Source: Perkinsus olseni (lineage: Eukaryota). Taken from it: a DNA stretch of 55,747 bases. The notes below the pieces were generated by a model, which did not search any database, had not been told where the DNA came from, and worked only from the letters and a program-made list of their open reading frames with translations. The DNA is taken from NCBI GenBank assembly GCA_013115125.1, contig JABANN010000184.1:1-55747 (forward strand), written 5' to 3'. How positions within the stretch are numbered: position 1 is the first letter of the stretch; every line of letters begins with the position of its first letter. Below, piece by piece: positions 11,493 to 22,200 of the stretch. The translations under genes were made by a program, and so were the position numbers.

Positions 11493-12980
11493 TTATAGTT
11501 GTATATAAGACAGGAAGCATAAGAGAACGACAGCAAAACTACTTCCTAGAAGGCCCGTCGCCGAGGACTTCAGGACGCAGTCGTCACTGCCAATCGAACG
11601 ACGCTCTCTAGGAGCAATAGTAGGCTTAGTAAGAGCGACTTCGACTGCTTTCGCGGAATTTAACCGACCGAAGTAATTAATATCGCTGCCAAAACGATTG
11701 GAGAGAACATCGACTGAGGCCAATAGCGAGCTTCTGGCATCATCTCCGGAGAGGCCCAAAGCGTACAAAAGGGCGGCAACACCGGTAACGTGAGGAGTGG
11801 CCATCGAGGTACCAGTCATGTAGACATACTCATCATTGGGATAGGTCGAGGGTATTTCTTCCCCAGGGGCAGCTATGTCAACGAAGGGAGCGTAGTTACT
11901 GTGGGATGCCAGCCGATCATCGAACGTCTTTCCACTAGAGGCGACACATAACATGTCAACTTGCTCGGTGAAAGCACATGGGTAGACTTTATCAACGCTG
12001 ATGTCGCGGCCCTCGTTGCCGGCAGCCGCCACAACGAGGTGCCCTTGTTGAGCTGCTCTCGCTATTGCGAATCTAAATGTTGAACTAGCATCAGAGCTCC
12101 CGTAAGAATGCGAAGACAAGTCTGCACCGTTTTCCAAAGCATAGTTGAGGGCTCTTAGAGATAGTCGAACATCGCCAACACCGTCCGGGCCGAAGACTCT
12201 CAGCGACATGATCTTCACTCGAGCGATGCCCGCTACTCCCACACCATTATCAATCTCGGCCCCAAGGATACCAGCACAGTGTGTGCCGTGACCGTTGACA
12301 TCATTAGCATCATCGTTGTCGTCATAGAAGTTATAACCGTGAGAGCACTTTTCATCAGAAAAGATATTCTCGTTGAGGTCTTCTTGGCGATAGTCAACGC
12401 CTGAGTCGACGACGGCCACTACGACTTCCCGCGTGGGGCGGCTCTCCACGGCCTTCCAGGCCTCCTTCATACCGATCAACTCCAGATTCCACTGCCTCGA
12501 GGCAAACTTGTCATTCACACCCAGACCGGTGATGGAGGCTCGCAGACCGCTGATGGTCGCGGGAACAGTCTTCTCCAATTTAACCACGTAGTTGGGCTCG
12601 CATATGACATCCACGTCGAGAGCCTCAGCAGCATCTTCAAGGTATTGGCAGACTTCCTGTCGAGTAGCCCGGCAGTTGACGGAGGCTGTGTCGATGACCT
12701 GCACCCCCACAGTAAACATGCTCTCTATCGCCAACTCGTTGGACAAGCAGTCCGCCACAGTCGTCTCAGAGGGGGTCAATTGTCGTCTTGTGCCGAGGCT
12801 GTCAGACAACATGTTTGGTATTGAACGTACGTCCACCATGGATGTAATCGACGCCGACGGTAATGATGCCGAGGAAGCCGATGATGATGCCCTACTGATG
12901 GACAGGACGGTCCGGTCATCGGCAATATCGGCCTGCGAGGCGACTAGAAGCACCGAGACGAGGCACAGTAATAGTAGCAT
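11493..12980 (-). CDS. subtilisin-like serine protease (S8) with signal peptide and GPI/TM-like tail
   Basis: Catalytic triad VVDSG / HGTHCAG / GTSMATPHV, oxyanion motif AAGN, hydrophobic N- and C-termini; intronless. Confidence 0.93.
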   Translation of the reverse strand: MLLLLCLVSVLLVASQADIADDRTVLSISRASSSASSASLPSASITSMVDVRSIPNMLSDSLGTRRQLTPSETTVADCLSNELAIESMFTVGVQVIDTASVNCRATRQEVCQYLEDAAEALDVDVICEPNYVVKLEKTVPATISGLRASITGLGVNDKFASRQWNLELIGMKEAWKAVESRPTREVVVAVVDSGVDYRQEDLNENIFSDEKCSHGYNFYDDNDDANDVNGHGTHCAGILGAEIDNGVGVAGIARVKIMSLRVFGPDGVGDVRLSLRALNYALENGADLSSHSYGSSDASSTFRFAIARAAQQGHLVVAAAGNEGRDISVDKVYPCAFTEQVDMLCVASSGKTFDDRLASHSNYAPFVDIAAPGEEIPSTYPNDEYVYMTGTSMATPHVTGVAALLYALGLSGDDARSSLLASVDVLSNRFGSDINYFGRLNSAKAVEVALTKPTIAPRERRSIGSDDCVLKSSATGLLGSSFAVVLLCFLSYIQL

Positions 12981-13470
12981 AGGGGAGAGGAAGCAAGCTG
13001 TTGAGCCGGGAGAGATGGCTATGATGACATGAGCGAAAATACAAGGATGAGGACGGCAATTCGACGAGGATTGAATAACCTAACTCAAACTGTTTGGCGC
13101 GGGGATTTCGAGGCAAATAGACTTATCTCCCCATACAGTGACTCAAGACGAAGAACAGCTAATGACCTAAACGGGGTAGATCTTCGCCTTCCGTTGCCCG
13201 GATTTCGAGTCACCTTGCGGTGACCTCTCCCGCTCCGACGTAGACGCATTCGGGTTGATGTGGGAGAGATTGAATAACTCAACGCACAGTGGGTGTGGCA
13301 AGCAATTAGCGTCACATTTGGCGAACGTCTTGAATTAGGGACAAGAGAATTCTGAAAACTCATCATACTGCATCGTGCTGCACTAGAGTGCATTAGACTT
13401 CACACTAGGCCTTGGTTCAACACGCATCTTCACGCTTCTTGCCAAGCTCGCATAAATACGGAGTTATTTT

Positions 13471-14955
13471 TCACCACAACCAAGCGTAAAGGAGTGGCGC
13501 TAGAAACGCCACGATGGTATAACTCTCCTGCTTCGCTCCGCTGTAGACTTTAATACACTCCCGAGCCGGAACAGAGCGTTCATCATTCGGCCGGACCGTC
13601 GGCTTCGTTAACGCCAACTCCAACGCCCTTGCTGCGTTCACCTTACCGAAGTTACCAACACGATTTCCGCCGAAATAATAGACGGGGTCAGTCGAGGCCA
13701 AGAGCACCTCCTTGATATCGGCTGGGCCTAGGCCTAGCCCGCTCAGCAGAGCCGCGATACCCGCGATATGCGGCGTCGCCATGGAGGTACCGGACATGTA
13801 CGAGTAGAGGCTACCAATATACGTGCTAGGTATGCCCACGCCCGGTGCTGCAATGTCGACGTATCTTCCAAAGTTACTCTCACGAGCCAACCTATTGCGA
13901 GCATACATGTCGGTAGAACCAACGCAGAGAAGATACTCCACCGTTTTCGAGTAAGCACATGGGTACGTCTTGGCTATGGTGATGTCTCGGCCGTCATTGC
14001 CAGCGGCTGCAAACATGAGGTGTCCTCGATCAGACGCCCTCTTCATGGCTGCCTCTAGGGTTCGGTAAGTACCATCACTTGTGTAGGAATGAGACGAGAC
14101 TTCAACGCGCCTCGTGACGATGTAGTTGACGGCTTGGAGAGAATAGAGGAGATCGCCTTTGCCCATCTCATCGAAGGCCCGCAACGACATGATCTTCACC
14201 GGGGCTATTCCGGCGAGCCCTCTAGCGTTGTTGGTCGTGGCGCCGAGGATACCAGCACAATGGGTGCCATGACCGTTGACATCCCGAGGGTCGAGGTCCG
14301 CATCAAAGAAGTTGTGACCATGACGGCAGTCAGCGTCTGAAAAGATGCCGTCAATGAGGTCAGGATGGTCGTACTCGACGCCGGTGTCAACGACAGCCAC
14401 AACGATCTCTCTTGCGGGACGATCCTCTTGGAAGACCATTTCCCATGCCTCGCCAAGACGTATCTCATCCAAGTTCCATTGGCTTTCAACGAGCTCATCG
14501 TTAGCCAAATAGGAGACCCTACTGATTGGCAACTCAAAGGTATCTGGTTCAAATCTATCCGACTGCACTATTCGTAACTCTCCATTTTCTTCACAGATAA
14601 CTTCATAGTCTTCCTCGAGCCCTTCCAAAAAGCCACAGAACTCAGCAACACTCAACGAGCACGTTGCCAGGCCAGTGTCGACCCACTGCATGCCGATCGC
14701 CAGCATATCTTCCACTTCTGCTAAGCATCTCTCAAGACGATCCGAGTCGACCCCTGAGAGCCTTCGACCATCTCCAACGCTGCTCGACAGGATAGCGGGG
14801 ACAGTGCGGACGTCCACCCAATCAGTTGGCGGCCCCTCTGGCGGCACCGGGCCTTGGATCAGCCGTCGCGCCGTTACTGATGAGATCGACACTATCACTC
14901 GGTCATCTCCAAGTGACAAGATAGGCCAAACGGCTATAGCGAAGCGGAGTAGCAT
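13471..14955 (-). CDS. subtilisin-like serine protease (S8) with signal peptide and hydrophobic tail
   Basis: VVDTG / HGTHCAG / GTSMATPHI motifs. Start at MLLRFAIA (or the ATG at 14982). Confidence 0.93.
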   Translation of the reverse strand: MLLRFAIAVWPILSLGDDRVIVSISSVTARRLIQGPVPPEGPPTDWVDVRTVPAILSSSVGDGRRLSGVDSDRLERCLAEVEDMLAIGMQWVDTGLATCSLSVAEFCGFLEGLEEDYEVICEENGELRIVQSDRFEPDTFELPISRVSYLANDELVESQWNLDEIRLGEAWEMVFQEDRPAREIVVAVVDTGVEYDHPDLIDGIFSDADCRHGHNFFDADLDPRDVNGHGTHCAGILGATTNNARGLAGIAPVKIMSLRAFDEMGKGDLLYSLQAVNYIVTRRVEVSSHSYTSDGTYRTLEAAMKRASDRGHLMFAAAGNDGRDITIAKTYPCAYSKTVEYLLCVGSTDMYARNRLARESNFGRYVDIAAPGVGIPSTYIGSLYSYMSGTSMATPHIAGIAALLSGLGLGPADIKEVLLASTDPVYYFGGNRVGNFGKVNAARALELALTKPTVRPNDERSVPARECIKVYSGAKQESYTIVAFLAPLLYAWLW

Positions 14956-15832
14956 GAGGGCAAAGGAACAATCAGCCTGCATCTAACCTACTCAGTCGTT
15001 AGGGGCTGTTGCTTCACCTTTGTTGCTCATAGTCAACGCAAGGAGACGGGAAAGAATATAAAGGTTATCTACCTAGCTTTCACTCGGGGGGCTCTCTAGC
15101 TATGCGCGCATGCACAAGACGATTGGCGCGTAATGAGTAACAGCGGTACCGCAACGTATGGGTCAACGGGAACAGCGACCTTTCGGCAGTTTCACGTTCT
15201 TGCACAACTCACTCCAAGCACGCACGAAGCACGCACATACAAAGCACAACTTAGCAGTGTTTGCGCATCGACCCTCAGTACACGCCGAGTCATCAGCCTC
15301 TATAATTGTAGCCGGGCGACACGGGCAAATAGAACTCAAGCCAGGGACTTTCGACGGTTGTATGTCAGTCATCATCACATTCGCCTTGGCCAGTTGAAAG
15401 CGTGACAATCGTACTGAATGCAAACGTTTCCGAAAAGAGACGGAGTCCCAATCCAGCATGATAGGAGAAATAGCTATAATAGCGACATTGATCCTGACAC
15501 GCTTTCGCACCTGCGTGACCAACGACCCCCTCGTGAATGGGGAAAAAGAAATAGTAAACACCGATGACACGAATAGAAAATAGAGGCTGGATGAGGGAGC
15601 GAATGAGTAGGCCGCTGGGAGTCCTTGGTGACCCCAGCGGCGGCATTATTTATCGATAGGTCTACAAAAACAGGACGATAATTTTTATACCGTGAAATAG
15701 ACGAGTAATTGTTCCACATGTCAAAATTGCCAGCAGCAGCATCGCGGCTGCCGCAGTGACACCTCATCCCCCCAACAATCATCCGCCGCAGGACGTCCTC
15801 TAAAGAACGCAAATAGAGAGCACTGATCGCAA

Positions 15833-17200
15833 TTAGCACAGTGCTAAACCGGCCTCGACGGCCTTCTTTGCGTTCAATCGGCCAGCAGGAGGGAAAGAAC
15901 GTCCTTGGCTATTCTTAAGAGGGTCAGCGGATGATTCCAAAATATCTATGACTTGAGACTGAGTCAGGCCCAAGCTGTAGAGGAGGGCGGCAACACCGGC
16001 AACATGAGGAGCGGCCATTGAGGTGCCACTCCTGGTGGTATACCTATTCAAGGGAGTTGTCGAAAGTATGCCCTCCCCAGGAGCAGCGATGCGGACGAAG
16101 GGGGCGTAGTTGCTGAAGGACGATAGTTCATCATTGGGCGACGAGGAGGCCACACATAGCATGTCAACATCCGCGGCAAAGTGGCACGGATCACTTGTGT
16201 TGGCGTCGAGCAGAGCGCCGTTGTTACCAGCAGCTGCTATGATGAGATGACCTTGGTTAGCCGCGTTTTGCATCGCAGTTTTGAATGCTTGACTCGGCCC
16301 TGGATGCCCGTAGGAATGAGTCGATATAATTGCATTGTTAGCAACTGCATAGTTCAAAGCCCGGATGAGGATTGCAGTGTTACTTTGGCCAGCATCAGAG
16401 GACATTCTTATTGGCATGATCCTCACCGGCGCGATACCCGCTATGCCTATCTCGTTATCAGTCTCGGCACCCAGTATACCAGCACAGTGTGTACCATGGC
16501 CGTCAAAGTCATAAGGAGGACTATCGGGGTCAAAGGCATTATAACCGACGAGATAGCCGTCCTCATCTGTCAGGATGTTGTAAGCCAGGTCCACATGGTC
16601 GAAGTCGACGCCTGTGCCTATCACGGCAACGTTAACCTGAATCGTGTTGTGGCCTTCCAACGCCTCCCAGGCTTCCTTCATACCGATTCGTCTCAGGTTC
16701 GCCTGCCACCAGGCGTACTTATCATTCACACCCAGCAGATCCATAGAAAGATTGTCTCTGGGCTCGGGAGCAGATTCCTCCGCTTCGGGAACAATCTCCT
16801 CCAACTTAACCACGTAGTTGGGCTCGCATATGGCATCCATCTCGAGAGCCTCAGCAGCATCTTCAAGGTATCGGCAGACCTCCTGTCGAGTAGCCCGGCA
16901 GTTGACGGAGGCTGTGTCGATGACCTGCACCCCCACAGTAAACATACTCTCTACCGCCAACTCGTTGGACAGGCAGTCCGCTACAGTCGTCTCAGAGGAG
17001 GTCAATCGTCGTCTTGTGCCGAGGTGGCCAGCCAACATGTCAGGTATTGAACGTACGTCCACGAACGATGAGATCGACATCGCCCGCAGTGATGGGGAGG
17101 GACGCCGTAATGATGACCTATTGATGGAGACGATGGTCTGGTCATCGGCAATGTCGGCCTTTGAGGCGACTTGAAGCACCGCGAAGAGGAACAGTAGCAT
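15833..17200 (-). CDS. subtilisin-like protein (S8) lacking the catalytic Asp and with no C-terminal anchor
   Basis: HGTHCAG and GTSMAAPHV are intact, but VAVIGTG replaces VAVxDTG. Signal peptide MLLFLFAVLQ. Confidence 0.9.
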   Translation of the reverse strand: MLLFLFAVLQVASKADIADDQTIVSINRSSLRRPSPSLRAMSISSFVDVRSIPDMLAGHLGTRRRLTSSETTVADCLSNELAVESMFTVGVQVIDTASVNCRATRQEVCRYLEDAAEALEMDAICEPNYVVKLEEIVPEAEESAPEPRDNLSMDLLGVNDKYAWWQANLRRIGMKEAWEALEGHNTIQVNVAVIGTGVDFDHVDLAYNILTDEDGYLVGYNAFDPDSPPYDFDGHGTHCAGILGAETDNEIGIAGIAPVRIMPIRMSSDAGQSNTAILIRALNYAVANNAIISTHSYGHPGPSQAFKTAMQNAANQGHLIIAAAGNNGALLDANTSDPCHFAADVDMLCVASSSPNDELSSFSNYAPFVRIAAPGEGILSTTPLNRYTTRSGTSMAAPHVAGVAALLYSLGLTQSQVIDILESSADPLKNSQGRSFPPAGRLNAKKAVEAGLALC

Positions 17201-18361
17201 CGAGAGAGACGCGTTGCTGATCGACAAAAACTTGGCTGTCGTAATGACAAGCGAGGACAGATTAACGACGTCACTCAACTCACGCAGTAAGAACGACTAA
17301 CAATCAGCGTGAGCGTGAGCAGACCCATTCAATTAGTTGTATGAAGTTCATTAGGTCAATGACATTGGCAATATAGCCAACTCTGTACTTTTCTAACACT
17401 ATGTCGTAATGGGAACCATTCCGTCCGTCCCATACCACCACGCCTGAGTGCCCTCCACCGGGTCACCTTTCGAAGAAGAAGATTCACGTTCTCGGCGAGA
17501 ACAACTCGCCGGGTCGCACTCGCCATGCATACACACGCGGTCAACATCACGCTATATGTCCCCCTGGATACTCGATTTAGTAATAAACAGGAAAAAGTCG
17601 CAAGGGCAGTATCGCTGCTCCATGAGCTCAGACGAGGATCGAGCCATCGCCACCCGTTTCATCACTGTGCAGCTCGGTGAAAGCAGCTGCATACCTCTAC
17701 GGCACGAAAGTGGCTGTTATCGATATTGCCTTGTGACACTCTCCCTGATGGTGTCACCGTGACGCCAGTGCGTCCTTGTCACCGCTGTCCCCATCGTGTC
17801 CCCTTTACACTCTAATGCTACGATCGTATGTTGATGCGTGCAGAATTGCATGGGGATTAACTCTTTCATAAGACCCACTTATCCCTTTGGCCTTGTGTTC
17901 TACGTATAAATAAGAAGACTACAAGATCTAAATTTAGGTCGATCGTAGGATCCCCTGAGCTCTTACTACGCCGGTGGTAGTTGCATGCCTCGGCTTCATA
18001 ATCATGGTGACGCCGCTGCATGCCACAGCCGTGACGCTAGTATGACGAGGACGTCCATAGTGCACTATCAGTCGTAGTCTACTACTATGGTGAGTCACCA
18101 TTGGTGACAAACGTGCACTATCGTGGTGGGCTTGTACTGTAGCTTGGTAACGACAGCGCGGTAACGACATAGGGTTCAAGGAGTGGCGTTACCGGGCTCG
18201 AAGGAAGTTCGAGAGCTATACTCATGCTTTTGTTTGCATACGGAATTGTGTTTCGATTTCCAACTTTTCTTTCGACTCGATTGTGCGACTCAACGGTGTT
18301 CCAGCGACGTGTGAGTGATTTCTAATGCGTTTTTGAAAAACGCACTTCAGCGAGAACGAAG

Positions 18362-18410
18362 CTCTCGCTCTTCAGCGAGAAAAACGGTTTTTCTCGCTGA
18401 AGAGAGAGAG
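18362..18410. repeat. palindrome (18-bp perfect arms, 1-nt spacer, imperfect extension)
   Basis: CTCTTCAGCGAGAAAAAC-G-GTTTTTCTCGCTGAAGAG at 18368-18404. Confidence 0.85.
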
Positions 18411-19283
18411 TTCAACTCCGAAACTTCGAGAGGACACTGTAAGTTCACTATCCGGAATCGTTGCATATTTTCGTGGAGAGTGTCAGGAATTACAGCTCGA
18501 AGCGACCACAAAGGAGCAGGGATTTAACGTTGGAAAGGTCCAACGCGGGGCGGCGGGAGGAAAACCTCGCTGAACCACTCGTCTGTGCACCGCCTGCGCT
18601 TGCACTCGAGAGCAGGGACGAATAGACCGATGAGCAGCAGACTGACAGAAAAATATCGTATATCGGTAGCGTAACTGGAACCGATGGTATGCAGTAGCGG
18701 TAACTGAGATACTTGTAACGAGGATAGTCTATCCATCGCAATTGATCATAATCACTAAAGTGTACTGCTGTCGGATGACTCATCCGGGACGAGGCCCACA
18801 GAACTCCTGTAGCTTGCGCTGTATGCTGATTACACCCTCTGTAACGAGCACGTACGCCTTATCGGGTGATCGTGACAACCCCCTTCCTCCTTGTTACTGC
18901 ACAGCATTAGTCACAGGTTTGCTATTTCCCTCTGACCACTCTCTGCAAGTCCGCTATTTGCGTGTCATCTACTCGTCCTTTCTCCGGACTCGGGAAAAAG
19001 CGTATGACTCACACGAAAGGCCGCGACGCTGGTGGTTGCCCGCCACGAGGAAGTCCTGTTTTCATACGACAGCGTTCCTGCGGCCCAGGATGGACAGCGA
19101 AGCAGGCAAAGATGGAATCCGAATTCCACTGGAATTATTCCAGTGTTCCGGGCCGCTTTCGCAACACCTTCACGCCCTCAAGTCGATAAATGAGATGAAT
19201 CAGTGAGAGGCGGCTTCCGCAATTGACACATCTATGCACTGAATGGAGTTGAACTGGAAACGTCGAAGGTAGTGTAGATTGAA

Positions 19284-22200
19284 CTACTGCTGGTACAACA
19301 GGAGACCGGTATCAACGTGGATGGAGGCGCAGTCGAGAGCATCGACTGCCTCTGCAAGAGCCTCATTACGAGCTCGGGCCTCGGGATCTGAAACGGCTCA
19401 TAGTAAAACGGCTTACCAGGAATCGAACCAGCGACCTTCAGGTTACTTACTAACGTCCTCATTGTCATTCCGTTCCTCCATCGTTGCTCTCGCCACCTCA
19501 TGTCTGAATCGGACTCTCATGTTCAGCGCCGCTTTCGCCACCAACTCCATCATCGCCACTTTTGTCGTCGGCGGATCCAGGTAATAAAGCCAAAAGGAAA
19601 TAATACTCGCCTGTTGATTAACCGATGGGGCAATCACGCTCTTCGGCACCTGACCGCAATATAATTTCGTGGCGCAGTGACGCTATCAGCCCGACCGCCA
19701 CCAACCTCAGACAACTTGATGATGTGCTCCGAATGTAGTCGATGTAGAAGCATCTGACACTCTTCCCGATCGATCATGCATCGCTCCGCCACCCGAATCG
19801 TTTCCGACTTATACCCCGTCGTGAGCAAATACTGGTAAACTCGAGCTCCTACCACACCATACCTACCAAAGCAGCGAGATTACCGGGGCGCGCGCTTCTG
19901 GCACCACACTCACTTCTCAGTCAATATCGAATGAGTTAGTTCCTCCGTCAACTTGGCCATAACATTCTTCCAGTCCACTCGGTAACTAGCCGGTCCACTT
20001 TGAGTCATTGCTGTTGCCGCTGCGGCGGAGGCAGCCGCTCGTTTGGACGTTCGCCGCTTTGTCCCGGTGCTCTGAGACACGACCAGGCTGAACCATGAAC
20101 GAGCAACAACCCAATAGACACGTCGGACTACAGCAACGCACGATGAAATCAAATGTTCGAATTGGGGAAGAGGAGGCTTCAACAGGTGACTGCTACTACG
20201 ACCACTTTCAAAAAACGACCATGGTGGGAAGGAAGAACATCGTCCATAGAGCGGCCAGCGTAGGACTGATTCACTCCGTGGCAATCTACATGACTAGCTG
20301 CGACTTAGTGTGAACCAAAATCCCGACTATCCTCTCCAGGATAACCAAGCGGTGAAAGAGACGGCTCGAACTGCGCATGAGAAGACTGGTTCAAGTGCTG
20401 TCACAAGAGAACCGCGCGCCTCGAAATTCTCACGGCAGTTGCTGCTGCAGCGGCGGCAGCGTTGGTGCAGAGGACAAGAGCGTCCTGATGCTTGCTGAAG
20501 ACGTTGAGGTATTTAATCAATTCATCACGTTGTCGATTCATAGTGGCTGATGCCGATGAACCTATAGGAGTATCTTAGGTCGAAGCATGCAAGACATGGG
20601 GAAGGTTACCAATGCCGGAAGAAGCCGGGGAGGATGAGGGTGATGATGACGGAGTCTCGTGGCCACGAGTCATCCAATCCAGGAGATCGTCAACTTGGAA
20701 GGTATCTGAGTAGTCAGTCAGCACAAAAGAAAATACATGAATCGCTTCGCTCCGCCTCACCAGTAGTGCAATCAGTCAACTTAGTATTATCCACCGGTCC
20801 CATCGGAGGCTTCACTGACTCATTCAGCATCACCTAGATGAACACACATCACTTCACCCCGGTTCAATCCCCGGTCCCTCCACCTGGAATATTTTCCCCG
20901 CCGTCGGGTTCATCCTCTTGCCCACATACTCCACAGCAAGCTGCTTGATCAACATCATATCAAGGGCCACTTGGTTCGGTCGAAGTACCTGCCGAACAGC
21001 CCCACTGTCCTGCACGTCACCTACTGTAGCTAAACCCAGAAAGCCCTCAGCGGCGGAGACCACCACACCCATCAGATCGCCATTTCCGGAAGCAGTCAAG
21101 TCCCAGCACCGGGAAGGTGGTCATCGGCACCGACACTTAACGCTCCATCAACGACTTCGAATTGGCCAATAAGATACTCGATGGTAATGCAAGATACCAT
21201 CAGCAGGGCGAGCGAAATTTACACTCCACAGAGAGCGATGCCAACAATGCTGCTTACCCCGCCGCCTTCTATCTGAACCGCATCTATCTTCTTCATCAGC
21301 CTTTTGCTCCTGCCAGCTTGCTGTCGGCCCCCTTTGGCACCCCTACCACCAGCAGCACCAGCCGCTGCCCTCTTACGCGTACCCGCCTTAGCCTGGCAAC
21401 GGAAGAGAAATTGGGGAAACACCCATGCGGAGCGCTTATCGAAAAATCAACGGCGAAAAGGATAATTAAGACACCCGACGACAGTTGAATCGAAGATGGA
21501 GCACAGGCGAGCTCCGAAAGCCACAGCCATTCTACCCTACTAACAAAGCCGATGCTACGCACTTGCTGAGACGGAATGAAACCGTAAACAGTTGAGCCAA
21601 CGCGGACTGCAGATGGGCCGTTCGACAGGGATAAAGAACCCGTTCTCATCACCTTCGCTGCCAACGCTTTTTTCTTCCTCGTTGGCGCCGTGACCTCTCC
21701 AGGCTGCTGATCGCCCGCTAGGAGAGCTAACTCTGGCGACATCATCAATAGATCATCCGCAGCAGCGATATCTGAGACAAGCACGCATGCACAAAAGATA
21801 CCAACAAATAGGAGACAAGCTCTATCGAAAGCAACACGAACGCCAGAAAAAAGATATCGAAGGTCTAGGTGAGAGATGGCATTCGAAAGTGCACTCGCCA
21901 CCCGCCCACGGCACAGTCCAGGATTCAAATTGATATCAATCAAGCAAAGCTTTCAATCCAAGCTATCGAATCGTGACTGGTACAGCTGACCAAGCACTGT
22001 GCTGTTCCGCAGTTAGAACCGTCAAGTCACCCCTCAGAACACAGCACATCGCGAGCGTTTCCACTCACTACCTTCCTCCGCCCCGCCACCGATATCAGGG
22101 ATCATCGGACTTTCCTCCTCAGGTGACGACGCCATCTCGTCCGACCCGTCGCTCTTCTCAGGCGTGCCCGGTGGCGTCGGCGCCTTCTGCTGCTGGTCAG

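Noticed and set aside
16181-17050. 289-aa plus-strand ORF
   Set aside because: Antisense shadow of subtilisin 3.
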